From Bugula neritina (lineage: Eukaryota > Animalia > Bryozoa): a stretch of DNA of 64,000 bases. Positions 62,029 to 64,000 of the stretch are shown here, piece after piece (the first letter of the stretch is position 1; each line of letters begins with the position of its first letter). Under the pieces are notes generated by a model. The model was given only the letters and a program-made list of their open reading frames with translations. It did not search any database and had not been told where the DNA came from. The stretch spans positions 10,420,480 to 10,484,479 of the forward strand of contig OZ037771.1 of NCBI GenBank assembly GCA_964035545.1. The letters are read 5' to 3'. The position numbers and the translations under genes are program-made.

Positions 62029-63090
62029 TCAAATCTTTTTGAAAATTAGAGACCTCGGATTTTGCACTGTCTGTATCTCAATTTTCACAATACATTTGAG
62101 ATATTTAGATAGCATAGCCTCTGCGTAGCCTTTCAGGAAATAGTGAGTTCTAGTAGATGGCGTCCTCTGCAAATATAGACAAAATATAGACTTTATAAAA
62201 GTACAACTCCTCCTAATAAAACTGTAAATTATTGAAAATTCACAATTTGCTGTTATTACTTACTTTTGCATATTATATGACTAAATCTTGAGTTATGAAC
62301 TTGCCTTATTACCGCAAATTGACTAGAAATAAACTATGAATTATTCTGTATCCAGTTGAAACATTAACCTAAATAAAGCATAAATTGCATTCAAGTGACA
62401 AGAAAAATTAGCTCATGTTGGAAAAATTCAATTGGACATTAAACAGAAATCATTAAAAACGGCATATACATTTAATGAGTACGGCTACTAAAGACTAAGA
62501 AGTAAATAATTATAACGACGTACTTTAACTAAAAAGGCAAGATTGACCATGTTCACTCGGCGTTTGATGATAACTTCGCCAAGCAAATATTCTTGAAATG
62601 TACCAGAGATAAATTTTCTAATGAATACGTCTTCAACAGCAACTTCTGAAGACCTTGGCAACCACTTCTTGTACTCTTTCTCTATGAAGAGAGCAGCTGT
62701 AAATTAAATGTAAAGGTGTTACACTGCAGTACCATTCCTAACAACATACAATCCACCAAATTATTAATTGTGAAATAATAATTAATTATACTTGCAGATG
62801 TTGTGGGATCTGAGATAAAAAAAATATTATGCATTAGTTACACTGGCAGCTATTGCAATGATTCATAATAGATTTCATAAACTAAAGCAGCACTAACATG
62901 TATCTATAGAATTCCAGTATTTTGTGACGCCAATCCGACTAGGTTTCTGAGCCTGTTCATAGGTCAAGGGTTTGCTTCTGTTATTCGTTACTTTGGGTAC
63001 TCCAGTTCTGATATTTTTAAACATTAACGCTGATGAGTGTAAACCTCGACATCCACAAGGCAAGGTTGAAACTGAATATCTTGAGAGCAT
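62029..63090 (-). CDS. MRPS24: Mitochondrial ribosomal protein S24 (uS3m), 3 coding exons
   Basis: Exons approx. 63090-62898, 62696-62523, 62167-62029: MLSRYS...LHSSAL (presequence-like) KNIRTG...KPLTYEQAQKPSRIGVTKYWNS|...VEDVFIRKFISGTF...VIIKRRVNMV|...YFLKGYAEAMLSKYLKCIVKIEIQTV...FKKI*. Matches recalled MRPS24 motifs. Confidence 0.88.
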
Positions 63091-64000
63091 TACTAGATAG
63101 GGTTGCTAGATAGTGTTGCTAGATAGTGGTGCTAGATAGACTTGCTAGAAAGAGTTGCTATATAGTTTTGCCAGATGGAACCTAAACAAACATAAAATAA
63201 TAGTGACATCCACAGTTGATGCTAATGGTTAAATTTTTACAATTGATTCTTTTTGAAAAGTAAATTCAGCACTGCTTCGGCCACATAAAGACTGTGTTTA
63301 ATTGATAGAGGACAATACCTTCTATTTATGAAATATCAACTTAAATTTACAGCTACAACTTAAATTTCGGTCATTCGCTTAAATTCGATGTAGGACTATG
63401 AGTAAGAATTAGTATAACTATTACTATATCATTTATTACAAATGAGTCATTTTACTTAATTTAGTACACACTGGATATCTTCAGTTTTTGGCTATTTTTC
63501 ACAATTTAGCTGGTAATGAACATGGTATTTTGGCCAAAACTAGTAAAACACCAATAAATACACCTGAATAATCAAAGTTCTTTTTAATTTTGCTTCATTT
63601 CCTATGTTTTTCCCAATTATTCAGCTAGTTTTGGTTACCGACCGTTACGGTTTTTTCGTAACGGTCCGCACATATAGAATATCAAGTGCATATGACAATG
63701 ACCTGTGCTTTAATGTTGGGGAATCCCCTTCCAGCCTTTTCTGTTATGCGTAGTTAAAACCAGCACATAAAAATAGCATGTATAGTAAATTTCAATTGAT
63801 TTTGAGCAAACTTTAATGTTAGGTCATAAGTTGCTGGTGTGTACTAAATGAAGTAAACTGACTCAAATACTATTACTGCATTAATTTTAGTATAAGTGGT
63901 ATTATCTCAGATTGGGTCAGGAGTTTAGTTCGCTTGCTACCGGAAAACCATGAAGACCAGTACTACCTGCATCAAGGGTCGGATTTTCAACGACTAAACT

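Overview
Eukaryotic (animal, probably invertebrate) AT-rich genomic DNA with four intron-rich housekeeping genes: a 5'-partial centrobin-like coiled-coil gene (+, to 13390), POLR1A (+, 17755-47158, ~38 exons), UBE3A/E6AP (-, 55949-48039) and MRPS24 (-, 63090-62029). Between centrobin and POLR1A is an intact Penelope-like retroelement (RT + C-terminal GIY-YIG) inserted in a (TA)n microsatellite. It has ~500-bp inverted terminal copies, each carrying a complete minimal hammerhead ribozyme. Five identical tRNA-Gly(GCC) genes lie in introns. Four are in one POLR1A intron built from nested fold-back duplications, including a ~510-bp near-perfect palindrome. All five share an ATTAATTA motif at -63 to -65. 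Many introns are largely filled by their own minisatellite, and some arrays duplicate the splice donor itself. There are also nested MITE/hAT insertions and a decayed Rex1/Babar-like LINE. The long low-complexity ORFs in the track are repeat artefacts. All calls were made by eye; no database search was run.
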